DNA of 59,789 bases, counting the filler, from Sphacelaria rigidula (taxonomy: Eukaryota): the NCBI GenBank assembly GCA_964200075.2. It is 8 parts of 8 records of this genome, joined end to end, with 100 filler letters (N's around TTAATTAATTAA, not from the genome) between each part and the next. Parts side by side here need not be neighbours in the genome. Positions count along the whole stretch, not along the records: positions 29,946 to 37,331 come from CAXNAA020015155.1; positions 37,432 to 44,817 come from CAXNAA020015156.1; positions 44,918 to 52,303 come from CAXNAA020015157.1; 5 more parts are not named here. One strand, written 5' to 3'. Shown here piece after piece: positions 36,694 through 50,200 of the stretch (position 1 is the first letter of the stretch; every line of letters begins with the position of its first letter). The notes beneath the pieces are model-generated. The model ran no database searches and had not been told where the DNA came from. It saw only the letters and a program-made list of their open reading frames with translations. The translations under genes and the position numbers were made by a program.

Positions 36694-38699
36694 CTGCTGT
36701 GGCGAAAGAGAATCTGTTTGGAATTCAGGAGTTTGAAGACGCGGGGAGACTAGTCAAAAATGCGGCGGGACTCTCTCCCCCGAAGACGAGCACACAACGG
36801 GACCACGGTTTCTACCGTACAATCGTAGATGCCGTAAGGCAATGAACGCAGTGCATCACAATCGAACGGCCCGACACAAAGCGCGTTGGGCCTTGTCGCC
36901 ATAGACGAAGCAATCAATTGAACGTATGAATTCGTCGAACACATTCGCCAACAGAAAATGCTTTCAGGAAAAAGAAATCGGCCGGCTATGCGAGGGGGGA
37001 GATCTGGCGGTCTTTTTTCATCTACAGTTGCGGCCCGCAATCGAGAAAAAAGTTAGTCAAGAAAATGAGGCTGGGCCTTACACGGAAAATAAGAAAAAAT
37101 GGGCTAAGAAACACACCTCAAACTGGGCGACAAGATAAGAAACATGAAAATAAGAAACAGCGCGAATACATACCTAAAATAGGCATAAAAAATAAGAAAC
37201 TAGGTGACTGGGGAGCCCCTTCCCAACTAAGAAACGTACAGTACCTTCTATATCTAGACCCCCCCCCCCCCCCCCCCCCCCCCCCTCCTTTTTTTTTGGG
37301 GTGGCGCCCCCTTCAGTTTCGTCTCTCTTCTNNNNNNNNNNNNNNNNNNNNNNNNNNNNNNNNNNNNNNNNNNNNTTAATTAATTAANNNNNNNNNNNNN
37401 NNNNNNNNNNNNNNNNNNNNNNNNNNNNNNNCGCCTGTTAGTAAATCGAGCTTATATTTTGCGCTTTTCCAAACGAGCTTATATTTCGCCCCAGAGGAAG
37501 TAGTATTTACGGTACTGGAAAGGCGAACCTACGCCTGTGACCACGTGTTCGAGAGATCGGGCTAATGTGCGGAAAAAAAATCTGACGACGATACATGTGT
37601 GAGATTACCCCCAGAACGAGGCCAGGTAAAGTGAATAATCCTGTATGTAGTCATCGGCCTCAGGCTGAACACAGTGTAAACGACACTTTTTTTACGCTTG
37701 CAGCCTTGGCTCTTGTTCTGGCATCGCAGTTTCATAATTGTGCACAACTCGCAGCTCAGTGCACAGCGAGAAGGGGCCACAGCTCGCGCAAGCCACCGAC
37801 TGCCAATTTTATGGGCGCTGGGCCAAAGAGCCTAGTCGCGCCCGTTGCGGCATCGTCGTTGTTGAGTTGTAAACAAAATCGCGAGGCAACTCCCATCTAC
37901 GGTCGTGATGGTCAACGCCATGCGACGTTGTTTATTTACGGCTCCCATCGTTTCTGGTCATAGCTCATGCTACGCCAGGAAGTGAATGGAACTTTGGGCA
38001 TCGAAGTGTAGATGGGAAGTAAGGTCGTTCCAGCCATACGAATTCTGGCCGGAGTGTTTTTGTCGTGCTTATCGTGCTCTCGAACAGGGCCTGGCACACA
38101 CATCAAACACAGTGGGGTAAGTTTTTAAGACATTTGACTATTTTTCCAGGTGTAACCGTTTTCATGCACCAGTGTTGTGTTCGACATGGCCAACCATGGA
38201 CCATGTCACGGTCACATTTACAAAAAACCCATGAGGTTGGTTCAGTTGATCTGAGAAATTTCAACTTAACCTGAAGTACCCGAGTGATTAATCGCAACTT
38301 TTTGCAGATCCAGATCGCCTGCGGCAAGAGTCGGCCTAAAGAGGATTGAAGTGACCGTCTTGATTGTTCTGTTTTTGGTGGAATGATCTACCTTACGCAG
38401 TGCGAACGCTCTGCGCCATGGCGTTGAGCTCGCCAAAAGATAGCGATGGGAGAGGATCTCTGTTCCTACCGTATATCGCGATACAAAAGTATGAGGGACA
38501 CGTGGCTGTTGAGGCTAAGGTACACAAGACCCAAGAAGTGTCCTGTCCCGCAATAATATCGTTCCGAAAGGAGGCCTGGAGTCCAAGGTGTTCGTTGCTG
38601 TGTAGTACACACAGCACAGCGCACCTGGTAGGAGCGTGGGAGTCGCGCATGGGGATGCTGCCGACCTAGCGGGTAACCTCACGCGGCGCAGACGTCACG

Positions 38700-38742
38700 T
38701 TTTTATCGTTTTTATCGTTTTTATCGTTTTTATCGTTTTTAT
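38700..38742 (+). repeat. (TTTTTATCG)n nonamer tandem, about 5 copies
   Basis: Read directly. Confidence 0.9.
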
Positions 38743-40144
38743 CGGTTCATCAAAATATCATATGTGGCATAATCGCCGGTACCAACATCCTGGGGAATGT
38801 CTGGGTACGCGCTTTATTCAACCTAGTATATTAGGGCCTATGCCAGGATGGGTAGGGTGAATCGAGTACAGAGTCGGGCTAGAGGACATTGAAGGAGGTT
38901 CACTCGTTGAGGAAAGCCTTACCTGGATGGTGAAGAGGGATGCTTTCAACTCCGAGACTACCTGGGTGGGGGGGCACTCCCGCCTTGGTGCCTACCCGTA
39001 CATCCTACCCTCAGTTACTTTTCAGCCCAAGGGCTGGGTACGAAAGATACGGCGAGTGGGGCGCACACGAATGCGCCGCACGAAACTAGACATTACGAAG
39101 TGCATGGTCCAAGGTTTCCATCTGTCCTTGCGGACGAAAAACAAACAAACTAATATATTATCGGCACACGACACCTTATCTTTGCTGTGGCATGCTCACT
39201 CGAAAGCGACGATGCGCGGCGCAATTATCCCAATTTCGGGGGGGAAAATTGACACAAGAGAAACAACACATTGGCCGGCCCTCTCTCGACGATCAACCTT
39301 CTTCCTTTTATTTCCTTCACTTACTTAAAAGGAGCTGGAGACAGCCCAAAATTTTGCACCGCACGGAGTTGGGATAAGAAGAAAAAATCAAATGCTGATC
39401 GTTGAGATGGGGTAGGCTTATGCGTTGTTTCTCTGCTGTCAATTTTTCACCCCCAAAATTGAAAAATTGCACCGCGCATAGCCTGTGACCCGTTGCGGCG
39501 GAGCCTTGGCCGGGCCAGCTCGTACTCGTGAAAGTTCAGCCCGTTCATATCCTTGATTTGCCACACTCAGTACTACAGCAACACAGTGCAGTAGTAGACA
39601 ACCGCACCGCACCACACCACACCACACGTGAGGTACAGCTCCACAGGTGCCCATCTGCATCTAAGCTGTCACCGACAGACGTGACTCCCAGCTCGATATG
39701 TCAGGACAGCAGCGACCTGTCTTGACAACGTGGTCGTCCAAGCCACGAGCACGGTAACGTACATAACCCTCAGTCAGTATATATGCGGAGAGACGTGCCA
39801 AGCGAATACTGTTCGCACCAGTTTGGGCACGGTACTTGCTGCTGACAGTGCCTGGCCTCTCCCACCCATCCCTCGTCGGACACAAAGCAAGTCACTCTCT
39901 CGTCCATTTCCACCCCGGATCCCTTGCGAGCTGTTGCTGTAGTAGGGTTCCATTGTGTCAACTCTAGCAGCTCCTGTCTTCTTGGTGGCTATCAAGGCAG
40001 CAGCTTCTTGCTCGTGGCGTAGACCCGATCGGCGTAGGTGTTTGCGTCGCCATGCCTCCTCCAACTCCTCCGCTCTCATGTATTCCGCACAGTCTGTTGC
40101 TTACTTTCCTTCTTCACTTTGTTTTTGTTTTCGTGCCCGTGCAG

Positions 40145-40185
40145 ATGCGGCTGCCACCAGAGGTCAACAGGGCCGTTTACGTCAG
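40145..40185 (+). CDS. SF3B6: Splicing factor 3B subunit 6 (p14), exon MRLPPEVNRAVYVR
   Basis: Polypyrimidine tract plus gtgcag acceptor, gtagg donor. RLPPEVNR is the p14 signature. Confidence 0.92.
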
Positions 40186-40973
40186 GTAGGATCTTGCGCC
40201 CATATATACGTGTGTGTACATATATTGATAGACATGAAAGGCGCTGCGCCGGACGGGACTTCACCCCCTCCGGCTTACATACGGTAGTAGGTGCCGGTGT
40301 CTCTTGATGGAGCAGGATGGAGGAGAAGGGAGGGTTGGAGGAGGTCCCACTTCAAGTCTTTGATGAAAAATAAACTGAGTAGTCACGAGTGTTACACTCG
40401 AAAAAGACTACCCAATATGCAGTGGTGTAAATTCCGGCCGGGGCGGGGTGGGGGGCAAGAGTCAGTTGGGTGTACTGGTATACTAATACACGCGCACACG
40501 TGCCGCGCATGCACATGATGAGATTCGACTTGATCCTTTTGGGGCCACCGCGCGTGTGCGTTCGTTGCTCAAATTGTACTCCGTTTCTTTTCATGTGTTT
40601 GTGCGGGTGCCATGGTGCAGTCGGCCACTCTCTCCATGATTCCACGCTGTGGGAAAAATTCAAGTTCGCAACTGAAAGGGTGATGTACAGCTCTTGTACC
40701 ACCTCCAGTTTTTGGATGGTACAGGGCTAAGAGTTCGGTGTGCCACGTCCGTTAACAACGTTTTGGTTGTGCTGAGGTAATATTTTGGGAATCGGTGTTC
40801 CTCTAGACCGCGCGTGAAGGCGGAGCGTACATCGTGGCACATGTACACTGAAATAGGTCATGAAAAAAAAACCCTAGCGGCCATGTCATTGGAGTCCTCA
40901 TAAGCGTATATGTCCACAGACGACCTTAACGCTGCCCGTCCACACCCCTCGGCATGTCGCCCGTGTCAAACAG

Positions 40974-41043
40974 AAACTTACCGTTCAAGATTTCTGCGGA
41001 TGAGATGTACGACATATTCGGGAAATACGGGGCTATTCGACAG
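40974..41043 (+). CDS. SF3B6: SF3B6 (p14), exon [23 protein letters not shown]
   Basis: aaacag acceptor, gtatg donor, phases consistent, RRM sequence highly conserved. Confidence 0.95.
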
Positions 41044-41602
41044 GTATGTTTGGACAAAACAGACGGATGGTTTGTTTCAAGAGGGCCACGGAAATTTATT
41101 TGTTTCCTGGTGCTTTTCTGCTATGGGGGTACATAAATTTGCTTATTCCAAATGATCATTTTGCTGCTTGGTAGGGCAAGCGGTTTGGTTTCTGTTTGTT
41201 TATATTTCGAATGCGTATGTGCGCGTGTCTGTGTGCTTTGCTGCTACTGTTTTACCGCTTGTTGTATATTAACCACGGCTACTCTCATGGCGGTGGCCAC
41301 TCAGCGAGCACAACCGGTGCGCTCGGGCGAGAGACCGATGACATTTCAGAAACTGATGGTTTCCGATTCCCCCTCCCCCCCCCCCCAGACGGTGCTCCGT
41401 CTCGAAAGGGATGCGTGGTCAATGGTCAAATGACTAAGGCAAGCAACAAATGAGTACGCCCCCCCCCTCCCCCAGCCAGCCAATGGTCACACGACTAAGG
41501 CAAGCAACAAATGAGTACGCCCCCCCCCCCAGCCAGCCAAACATGAACTTTCTCCTTTTTGCAGCAAACAGTATTCGTTCCTACCAAATTCGTTGTTTCT
41601 CA

Positions 41603-41791
41603 GGCGGTGTCTTAGCACATTAGTTTTGGATCGAAATTGTGGGGTGGAAAACAAAAATCCTGATCTGATCGGTCGTAATTTCAACCATCGTCGAAAATTG
41701 TGAAGATGGTTGAAATCACGACCTATCAGATCGGGATTTTTGTTTTCCACCGCACAATTTTGATCGAAGACTGATGTGCTACGACAGGGCC
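41603..41791. mobile_element. Palindromic PIF/Harbinger-like MITE with TCA TSD, in the SF3B6 intron
   Basis: Fold-back arms, direct TCA on both sides, arms homologous to the left end of 18770-19773. Confidence 0.85.
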
Positions 41792-42189
41792 TCAAGTGGA
41801 CCTATGCTTGTGTTACAATATTTTGCTCTCTTTATCAGTGACTACAAAATTGCACTATACATGGCCATTTTTCCTTTCACGTGACACAAACATCTTGAAA
41901 CGGATTTCCCACTATGGACGATCGATCAATTCCCGAGTCGTTTTTCACGCCCCCCCCCCTCCCGCTCCCCCGGCCCCGCTTACGTTTTTGTGTAATGTAT
42001 GGCAGAAACGTAATGAGCACCGAAATGTTGGAGGTGTCTCTGTTGGGGGTAGGAACGGTGCTCCGTCTCGACAGGGAAGCGTGGTCAATGGTCGAACGAT
42101 TAAGGCAAGCAACAATTGAGTACCCCCACCCCCACCCCCCGCTGACAACACCGAACTATTTTATGGAAAATGACTCGTGTTTGCACTAG

Positions 42190-42327
42190 ATCCGCCTGGG
42201 GGACCGGCAAGACACTAGAGGGACGGCGTTTGTGGTGTACGAAGACATCTACGACGCCAAGGCAGCGGTGGATCACCTCAGCGGGTTCAACGTGTGCGGT
42301 CGATATCTCATCGTCCTCTATTACCAG
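42190..42327 (+). CDS. SF3B6: SF3B6 (p14), exon [46 protein letters not shown]
   Basis: cactag acceptor and p14 RNP1 GTAFVVYED. Probable GC donor. The last exon was not found in the contig. Confidence 0.95.
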
Positions 42328-43214
42328 GCAAGCAAATGGCATGCGTGCATATTAAGATGCCACGGGTGCATAAATATTCCGCTTGTGAACTTGTATATCA
42401 ACCATGGGCATTGCATTTGTTCAAACAAATTGGTATGCGGAAAACATACCACATTTACTTGCAGATTATATATATATATACTTTTTTACCAAATCAAGGG
42501 TTAGTAGAGTGGGGTCGTTATTGTCGCCCTCACACCAGTTCCTTGTGCGGTTTGGTTGGTAGTTCATGGGCGCAGTACGTGTCACGGCGCGGCCTTGAGA
42601 TGCACTGTCATTCTTTGTGTTTCCCTCGTGACTGCCTACACCTACTCTCACCCCCATCCCGTAGCACACGGGAGAAAGATGAATCGACCCCCTGCGACTT
42701 CGGACTAGCCTCCCGGGTCGAGGAGTGGGGGAGAAAGAGGGTTATAAGTGCGACAAAAAGTAGAAACAGCACGAGGCTAAGCAGGCGAACTACTAGTATC
42801 ACCAGAGCAAAACAATAATCTGCACATTTTGTTTTCCTCCATCAAACGTTTGAAAAATAATCGATTTCCTTTCCTTTGTTCGTGCTTCATGAATGCTACG
42901 TTGTACTGCTACTGCGCCCCACAAGTGTAATGGTCCGACTGTAGCCATTAGGGTGAAGAGAACGAGGGTTCGATTCCCGATGCGTTGGAGTTTTCTTCGT
43001 GATATCTGATTTCCACCGTGGAAAGCGTGAAGACGTGAGTAAACAAAGTAGTCGACTGAGTTTGTTTGACGTGAGTTGACGCGGTGCGGGAGTGCTGGTA
43101 AAGTAAAGTAGTCGACTGTATTGGGAACCAATGTTTCACGCGTCGGACGAGCGCGAGTATGACTCGTGGCACTTGCACTCGTTGGGCTGCTCGTTGACCG
43201 TAAAAATTAATATT

Positions 43215-43495
43215 GCGAGTACTCGAGTCCTCTCTCGTTGTGGAAAAAAATAATAGGGCGAGCACTCGAGTCATTGCTCGTCGTGGAAAATTAGTAGAGG
43301 AAGCACTCGAGTCATTACTCGTTGTGGAAAAAAGTAATGGAGCGAGCACTTGAGTCATTGCTCGGTGTGGAAAAAATTTGATAGGGCGAGTACTCGAGTC
43401 GTTGCTCGTTGTGGAAAAAATTAATGGGGCGAGTACCGGTGTAATTACTCGCGGTGGAGAAGTAAATGACTCGAGCACATGAGTCACTGCTCGTG
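43215..43495. repeat. Minisatellite, about 6.5 x 43 bp (GCGAGYACTCGAGTCATTGCTCGTTGTGGAAAAAA...)
   Basis: Units start near 43215, 43258, 43300, 43342, 43386, 43429 and 43472. Confidence 0.85.
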
Positions 43496-44074
43496 ATGAA
43501 CGACTTGAGTGGATGAGTCAGCAACCGACGAGCAAATATTTACAACGATCTGTTGGACGATCTTGAGCCGCGATTCTTCAAGTTCCTATGCATATGTACA
43601 TGTACAAGCGTCAACCTCCGAAGCTCGTTTATTTGATTCAGGCACCCCCCCCCCCCCCCCCCCCCCCCCCCACAGATCAGTTATACTAAAGCGGCGGGGA
43701 GTATCTCTTGAGTATCACAGTAGTCAGCGTCAGAAGTATGCAGAATCCGTAATTCCTTCGTTTCTCAAAGATTGGCCAAATTTGTCTACTTGCCACCGCT
43801 CATCACAGTGACTATTGGATGCCAAAAAGTGGGCATCCGGAGATATTTTAATCTTCTTGACAATTATTGAAATAAAAGTTATCTGCGATCAATAATGAGT
43901 GACTTACAGGCTTGACCGATCTTCGGGGGTCCTGCGAAAATACGACCCCAGGCTTGAGCTTTTCGGTATTTTCGGTGGACCGACTCGATCCGGATCATAC
44001 AAGTGAAGACTCAAGAATGATTGTTTTTTGAAATTCCACCTAGGCACTGCGCAAAAGCAGGAAAACTATGTCTC

Positions 44075-44540
44075 TTGGACCATTTACGGTCAATAACACG
44101 CTCCTGATAAACGGGGTCTTTACCCGGTATCACCCCCACAACACCAACTTGGGCGATTGCGATTTGAGCACGGTTTGCTTGTTTTGCCAAAACTATCCAC
44201 GCTAGCACTTTCGAGTGCTCATGGAAAATTTCATGCGAAAAAAACGCGAAACTAGACCATCCGCAGAAAATACTAGACAGGTCTGTGCAGTATCGGAGGG
44301 AAACACGATCTCGACCGTTATTGTGAATAATTTTATAAGTATTCGTTTATCTGAATATTTACCGTTTCGTCGCTGAAGAGCAGGAAAATTCCTGTTATTG
44401 GACCAATAACGGTCAATAACACCCTCCTGATAAACGGGGATTCAAGTCCGTATCGCCCCCAAAACACCAACTTGAGCACTGCAGTTTGAGCGCGGCCTAC
44501 GCTTTCTCCCTAAATTTACCGGCGCTAGCACTTTCAAGTA
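44075..44540 (+). repeat. Two direct copies (about 44075-44217 and 44400-44540) of a 140-bp repeat; reverse copy at about 56490-56630
   Basis: ACGGTCAATAACAC.CTCCTGATAAACGGGG...GCTAGCACTTTC is shared. Confidence 0.7.
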
Positions 44541-45044
44541 GTAGTGAGGAATAGTACCCCAGAAAAACTCAAAAGATGAAACAACTACAGCCTGGTTCAC
44601 GGTGATCACCCAAAATTGTGTCATCAGTAAATGCCTTCCGCAATACACACCCAATAGTCGCATATATGGTATCATACTGACCGCAATGAAAATACGAAGA
44701 GGGTGACATAGCCAGATTTTTGTTTAAGGCCATAGCGGTGGCGCTGTGGACGAAAATGTGTCTCAGCCAATCAGCGACCTTCAAACTGTTCCGAGATCGA
44801 AATTACGAATACCAAGCNNNNNNNNNNNNNNNNNNNNNNNNNNNNNNNNNNNNNNNNNNNNTTAATTAATTAANNNNNNNNNNNNNNNNNNNNNNNNNNN
44901 NNNNNNNNNNNNNNNNNCGTACCTGGGTTGTAACGCTGAAATGAGTCATGGGATTCATTCATGACGAGTCAACTTATTATACTAAAACGAAGTAATTTCC
45001 TGACGAATCATCATTTGTCCCAACCGTGTAATTTTCCACGGGAA

Positions 45045-45336
45045 TCATAGGTAAGGTACCGTACCGACTGTACTCTCGGTGAATTAGGTATGAGTTTTGA
45101 AAATACCCTAATGAGCGGGTGCGGTAGGTACCGGTATCTCGAAATACCATGGTTTCGTAGGTATCGTAGGTGCGACATTTGAAAATATCCGATTGGGCAG
45201 GTACGGAAGGTACTGGTATCTCGAAATACCGTGATATCATGGGTATCGTAGGTATGAGTTCAAAGAATACCCGATTGGACCGGTATCAGTAGGGTATGAG
45301 ATGTCCCAAGTACCGGTACCGGGTACTGCCTTACCC
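45045..45336. mobile_element. MITE-like element built of GGTATCGTAGGTA / AAATACCCGATT motifs; second copy at about 46270-46597
   Basis: Two colinear copies with short inverted ends. Confidence 0.65.
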
Positions 45337-45479
45337 GCTGTAGCGATTTCAAAACTGTCATCCGGCAATGCGGAGAAGCGTTCCAGGGCGAATCTCAACA
45401 CTTTTTATTTCTATCGAAAACATGGGGCGATGGGATTGACTTGAGCGAAAATCGCTCATTTTTGTCGACATGGGTCACG

Positions 45480-46112
45480 GCAAATTTTGAAGCTTTCAAT
45501 CGAGAAAAGGCAGTGAAATTCGTGAAACGGTACATGGTCACTCACGTACAGTACATACAGTCTGTACTGCCTGGACTGCTTGCAAACAGTGTGTCTTGAG
45601 AGCGTGTGTGCGTGTTTCGTACAGTAAGATTAAGGTTTCGAAGATAAGTGGGCAACGTGCGGCGCAGACAGCCCAGGACGTGACCAAGACTTGAAGAACG
45701 TGCAGTTTTGTACTGCCTGCACTGTTCAGAAGCGTGCACGCAACTCGGTTGCCCACCGTACAATGCAGTTCCGTCGCTGATCCTATCATGAAAGAAGATG
45801 CGCAAGTTCTTGCCAACAAAAAATAAACAAGGCATACCCAACTCGTACTCGATACTGCAGAGTTGCGGTGGTAGCTGAGAATGAGTTGGATGGAGTTAGT
45901 ATGGTTCTGTGAACGGGTGTTATCTGACGGGGTGGTCTGTAAGATGGGAGTCAAGTGCCGCTTCGTGTCTTTCGACTGAATGTTTTGGATCGAAAAAGCT
46001 CCTTTTTTTTTGTAGTTTTTCTCCGCGCACTACCATTGATAAATTTGAGTTCAAGCCTTTCAAGAACAAGAAATGCGGTGGACCTCAGATCGAGAAAAGA
46101 AATCGACCGCAC
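45480..46112 (+). mobile_element. Internal portion of the Harbinger-like family seen at 18770-19773
   Basis: Colinear similarity to about 19055-19740. Confidence 0.8.
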
Positions 46113-47119
46113 TTCAGACCAGATAATGATCAGTTCATTTAAATGTATCCGAACACAAGAGACGGGGAGAATCTGGGTATTTCTTGCTCGTGGAAGCAAG
46201 ACGTATCTGCTCCGACAATTTTTGGCCTTTGCATAAGTTTCAGCTGCTGCACCTTGGGGAGTGCATCGCGTCTGGTATTTACCGGGTGTACCCCCGGTAT
46301 TTCCCTGGGTATCCCATATCGTCGTATGCATGGATATCGTAGGTATGAGTTTTGAAAATACCCGATTGAGCGGATACGGTAGGTAATGAAATCTCGAAAT
46401 ACCGTGATATCGTAGATATCGTAGGTACGACATTTGGAAATACCCGATCGAGCGGGTACGGTAGGTATTGAAATATCGAAATACCGTGGTATCGTGGGTA
46501 TCATAGGTATGACATTAAAAAATACCCGATTGGACCGGTATCGGTAGGGTATGATGAGATGTCCCAAATACCGGTATCGGGTACCTACCTCACCTTACGG
46601 TGCTTGTGTAATTTTCCATGGGAAACTTCCTATAAGTAATGGTAAACTTGGGTAGTTTTTTCGGCTGTTCTGCGAACAGGCCCCAAGCCCCCTGCCAAAA
46701 GCCACCCCCTCCCGCTCCCTAGAAATCCTGGATGTCCCTGGGCTGTCAGTCTGTGAAACTGCCCCGAGACTACGCTTGCTGTATAAAGGTGAATACATAA
46801 CGTGATGTGTTGGGGTACAACAACGCAAATTGGCTTCTTCGCGGCGCAAAATGTCTATTCGCAAAAAACTTGCGTAAAAAAGAACGGGAGACCCAGATGA
46901 CCCATCCTGGTAGTCACAGAGTAAACCCACCCAAAACCACGGTCAATCGGTCAACGTGAGTTTGAAACTTTTGTGTTCCAAGTGACGGCACACCTTTTTA
47001 GATTACACGTGGATGAGCATGTTCATGAGAAAAAGTGGAGAACTCCTGATCGCTTCTGAGCCAATTCAAACGTATGCATGTTGTCGCTGCGCCGCTATTG
47101 TGGGGGTATATTATCACTA

Positions 47120-47240
47120 CCAGTTGCCCGGTACCTCCGTCGCTAACCTCGAAATCTTTTGGCGGTTGGGACGTGAGTTCGAATCTTGATGAAGTAACGC
47201 CATGTGGGATTTTTCCTCATACATTGCCCACCAGTGGAGA
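47120..47240 (+). mobile_element. Degenerate tRNA-derived SINE head
   Basis: B-box-like GAGTTCGAATC and similarity to the reverse complement of 52404-52458. Confidence 0.4.
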
Positions 47241-50200
47241 GCGACTACGTCGTGGGTACACAAAAATCGATTCACGGTCGACGAGGGACAGGGGCCGCTC
47301 AACCCTTCTCGCGGCAACAAGGAAGGCAAGCACCGCAGAAGGAAGGTAGAAACCTATAGCAAAGTTCTCAGTGAAAGTGTCGTTGTGTTGACCGTCCTCC
47401 TGTGCGAACCCGGCTCAGGCGCCCACAAATACCGAAACGTGTAAACTGCACCGAAACGTGTAGACTGGCGTTCAGAATAGATAGGATGACAACACACACA
47501 TGCTTTTATCTTTCCCGAGTGGTGCTTGCCGATCATCGTTTCTTCACTCTCACATCAAACTCCTTCCCTTCCTCGGTGCGAGTCTGTGGTCTCAAGGGAT
47601 CATCCAAAGTCCCTCCGGTCGTGACCACTGTTGCAATATTCGCGGACATACTCTGTGCCAATGATTTTGCAGCTTTAGTACTTCGGGGGCACTGCAGACA
47701 CACCTCGAGAGCGTGTTAATGTTGCACTACATGTAACATCGCTTTAACTAGATACTCCGTGTTATGCATGCGATAAGGTCTGGAAAAATACACCGCAAAA
47801 TCAGCAAGTAGATCAATGCTATAATCATCAGTCTCCCTCGACGAACTTCGAGTCAATTTCACCGTCGACAACGTATGGATTGGCGACGGATGCCTCTTCG
47901 AAACCACCGGCACCAGTTGCCCGTATTTGTACAAGCCTGTACGTTCTTGTCAATTTCGCCCGTCAGAGACGCGATCACGAAACGCAGGGCAACGCTATTG
48001 CGCATGCGAGTGGCACATGCTAAAAACCATTTTTCAAGGCCACCACTACTGTTCCTTCAGCCTCGAAAAATAGTACGATGTTCGCTGGCCGTGCTTTCGA
48101 TTTCACTTCTCATCGTCAAATCACGGCAGGGGTATATATCACAGCAGCAGTTCATGACATTGGTGCTTGTGAGCGTCAGCCCTACAGCGCAAAAATGGTC
48201 TTAGCTGACTTCCTGTGGAATAGATATTCGTGTACGCTGTCCACATGGTATAGGACCTACTCATGTATCGTCAATACTCAAACGCTGTGCATCTAGTATA
48301 CGATATTTCTACCAACATCGGCGGAAACAACCACTGAAAGCAACAGTTAGAACGGCGGTTACGCCGCACATGGCTCTAGGTGGCGAATCCAAGATTTCTG
48401 GGGCTTGTACTACACGGGTGATGAACACATCAGGAGGACTATGTTGTACTCAAGGGGGGTCGTAGCATGATACTATTGTACTTGTTTGAGAATTGAATTC
48501 TGTCGACCAGCCCTGTCTTCGTGCTCAAAGTTGGCACAACACTGTGCAGTCAGCGTTGGAAATGGGCTGTGTACCCAAAGCTAAGCACGGTACGCTTCGA
48601 CGTCTCGGTACTCGTGATGTTGGCCCACTTCTGTCCCGTTGTTGATTTCACGGCACGGACGAAACCTCTTCAAATCTTCGCGATAAAATATTTCACGGGC
48701 TGTTCAGTAGATCACCCGCATACCTCATATCTAAATGGTGTGTAGATCACGCGAATATCTCACTTGTTCAGTTAGACTACTTGGAGCACGAGAATTGTGC
48801 ACCTGATGTCAGCACTAGATACCAATACCAAAGGAGCGACAAACTTCGCCTTGCCTCGTCTCTCGCCCCTCATTTTGCTGCAAAAGCGTCGAGTATACGT
48901 TCCCCCATGTAATATTATAACGATGATTATTACAACCGGCAATGCCCGCTGGGTGCTGCAGTTTGCCCTGGCGAATTGGGGGTCACGCGTGCAGCATACA
49001 ACCCGAAATGCCGCGATTTCTGTCATCATCCACATAACACGAGAGCATTTGGACCGGCATAAATATCAAGAATGACCGGCGCAACACCGTTATCAGTTGT
49101 TCGACTGCTGAACCGTGTACACAATATTTCCTTGATTCGCGAAGCAAGCAGTGTCATTGCTTCTCACTTTTTTTTATTTTGACAAATTGAATTTTTCCTT
49201 TTCGTATATTACCTTCTTCTATTTTGTTTTTTCATGATTTGAAATACAGATAAATCCGTTATTCTTTCATCTGAAGGAAAAACTGTACCTATTTTGGGTG
49301 TAGGGTGTTCTTCAAGGGGTCATCTCCTATCATTTCAATGCTAATATCTATAATGTAGACTTAGCTAATTGGTATCTTCATTCATGTTCTCATCGCACAC
49401 AGCCGTAGCGCGCTGTTCCTATCTTCGCCACGGGTTCTGCCACAACAGCGCTGTGCGCTGGTCAACACAAGGAATGGCCGGCGAGGTCGCAGACCGCGGA
49501 AAGAGGAAAAAACGTCATGTGTGACTTCTACAGCTGAGTGTTCATTGCAGAAATCATCAAATGCCGCAAATCAGCTTTCCTAGGCGATTTGCCGTGTATG
49601 ATGGATCATTTGACCAGTCAAACTTACAAAAACAGTACGTAAATCCATTGATTTCAAGCCTGATGCCTGAACGGAACTTCCTTCGAAAATACACGTGGTT
49701 GATTGGAGGAGTTTTTAGACACGGATCTTCGGAGGACGGAAATCTCACGGGATACTCGTCGATACGGGACGGCATCGCCTGTGCCGTCCCGTCGCGACCC
49801 CTCCACCGTTTCCCCCGTTCCCATCTTTCGACGGTTTTTACAGAATTCCCCTCACCTTTCCCCATTCTACTTTACGAGAGGTGCATCCCGTGAACGCGGC
49901 GGGTTCCCCTCATCAATTTCAATGGGAAATGATGGACTTCATGTGCACCCTGGATCTGAGCCAAATGTGAGACACTCCAGTAGGAGAGTCCAACAGTATT
50001 CTCAGATTTGCAGTTGGCAGCATTCGTGCACAACAGTGTGTCCACTGCTGACATGAATCATCACGATCATTCAAGGTACAAGTGATGAATCGGAGGCGCT
50101 GGGTGTAACGAAAAAGGCCCGCCAGCGCTGTCTCAACTGATGGTGGGATGTTTCCTCCATCGGTGCATGATTCACTTCTACTACGCGAACTGGGCCAGCC

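Noticed and set aside
38490-38672. Two tiny candidate exons (YEGHVAVEAK; APGRSVGVAHGDAADLA)
   Set aside because: Splice sites are plausible but the peptides are too short to identify, and the phases do not join directly.
39774-40079. Minus-strand 101-aa ORF just upstream of the SF3B6 exon
   Set aside because: No homology is recognisable, and it appears to lie in SF3B6 intron sequence.
42930-42985. tRNA gene (GGTTCGATTCC B box)
   Set aside because: No complete cloverleaf can be built. At most it is a SINE remnant.
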